Shown here piece by piece: positions 19,079 through 20,000 of a stretch of 20,000 bases of DNA. The notes below the pieces were generated by a model, which did not search any database, had not been told where the DNA came from, and saw only the letters and a list, made by a program, of their open reading frames with translations. A program made the position numbers and the translations under genes. Position 1 is the stretch's first letter; each line of letters begins with the position of its first letter. This DNA comes from Catajapyx aquilonaris (lineage: Eukaryota): NCBI GenBank assembly GCA_000934665.2, contig KZ538070.1, positions 114,848 through 134,847 on the forward strand. Reading direction: 5' to 3'.

Positions 19079-20000
19079 CTGCAAAATGTTTTGAAAATAT
19101 TGAGGCTATTGAACTAAAGTGGCTCTCATGCAGTGGTGTCAGGGCAGTGTAAAAAGTCCATGGTATCAAAAGAATGTCTCAAGTTCTAGTGGTTTTCACG
19201 TGTAGGTCTTTTGCTTCTATCCACTATTGAAATAATCCATCAGCAGCACACCAATTGAATCAAGTTGGGCATTTAAAAGAGAATCCTCTAACTAGTCTAA
19301 CAGTAAGAGGCCACAGGCTTATCATGGTGTTGCCAATTAATTCATTGTTACATCATATTCCATCCATTGTTGCTTCCATTGTTGGCAACATCAATTGAGG
19401 CTCAAGAATCCATTGTGCCCAATCCAGGTTTTTGGCATATTCGTTTTATTGTGGAATAATCTGCCAGTGGGCTTGGTCTATTCGTTACAAGGTTCCAGCC
19501 CTGTACTGTGTAGGACAATACTACACGGTATAATGAAGCCCCATGCTGCATACCTCGATTAAGATCTAGCACTACCCGGATTACTATTATTATTAATGCA
19601 GAATAATGATGCTAGTGTTGATGGCTAGCCATCAAAGAATACTTGTAACCCAGGTCCGATCGGAATGGGCCAAAAGAGCAGACCCACGTATTGTCCAAGA
19701 TGCGCAAGTAGCCCAAGTCCAAGACTTGGGTAACATGGAATCTTTGATTCCTTTTGACATTTTCAATGGACATTGTTCATGCTCATTGTGAGTGGTTCAT
19801 TGATGATATTAATGCAGAAATAAAGCTTACTCAGCTGCATAACGAGAGCTTCAGCCACCTACGAATGCATAACGAGATTAAAGACCCTTCCAAAAAATTT
19901 TACAGCCTTCCTGCTCCTCATGAAATGGTGAGATATGTCGTGTTGTGTAGAGTCCTCGATAATGTATGGCATGTGTTATGTATCATTGGGGCCGTCCATA

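Noticed and set aside
19326..19392. Inverted pair TGTTGCCAA...TTGGCAACA resembling MITE termini
   Set aside because: Only 9 perfect bp, no target-site duplication seen and no second copy in the window.

Overview
Eukaryotic genomic DNA, most likely arthropod, with intron-containing genes all on the + strand. Bases ~2439-12072 hold the 3' part of a latrophilin/Cirl adhesion GPCR: second half of the SUEL/rhamnose-binding lectin domain, Ser/Thr stalk, hormone-receptor domain, GAIN/GPS, 7TM and a long low-complexity tail. Its first exons were not found and presumably lie upstream of the window. Two intact tandem 9-exon SLC22-family transporter paralogues follow (13691-15950 and 16769-19078). The most interesting signal is an alternative-splicing architecture in the receptor that the ORF track does not show. 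It comprises two 107-nt duplicated, frame-incompatible lectin exons (2439-2545 and 3228-3334) that look mutually exclusive, with candidate competing RNA pairings; a 45-nt ICL3 micro-exon (7930-7974); and a coupled donor extension plus 80-nt exon adding a 102-aa His/Pro/Cys-rich tail insert. An intronic minisatellite carries ten AGCCAATCA boxes. All exon calls were made by eye from splice signals and frame arithmetic, with no transcript data. The first ~3.3 kb is homopolymer-rich and may contain consensus errors.
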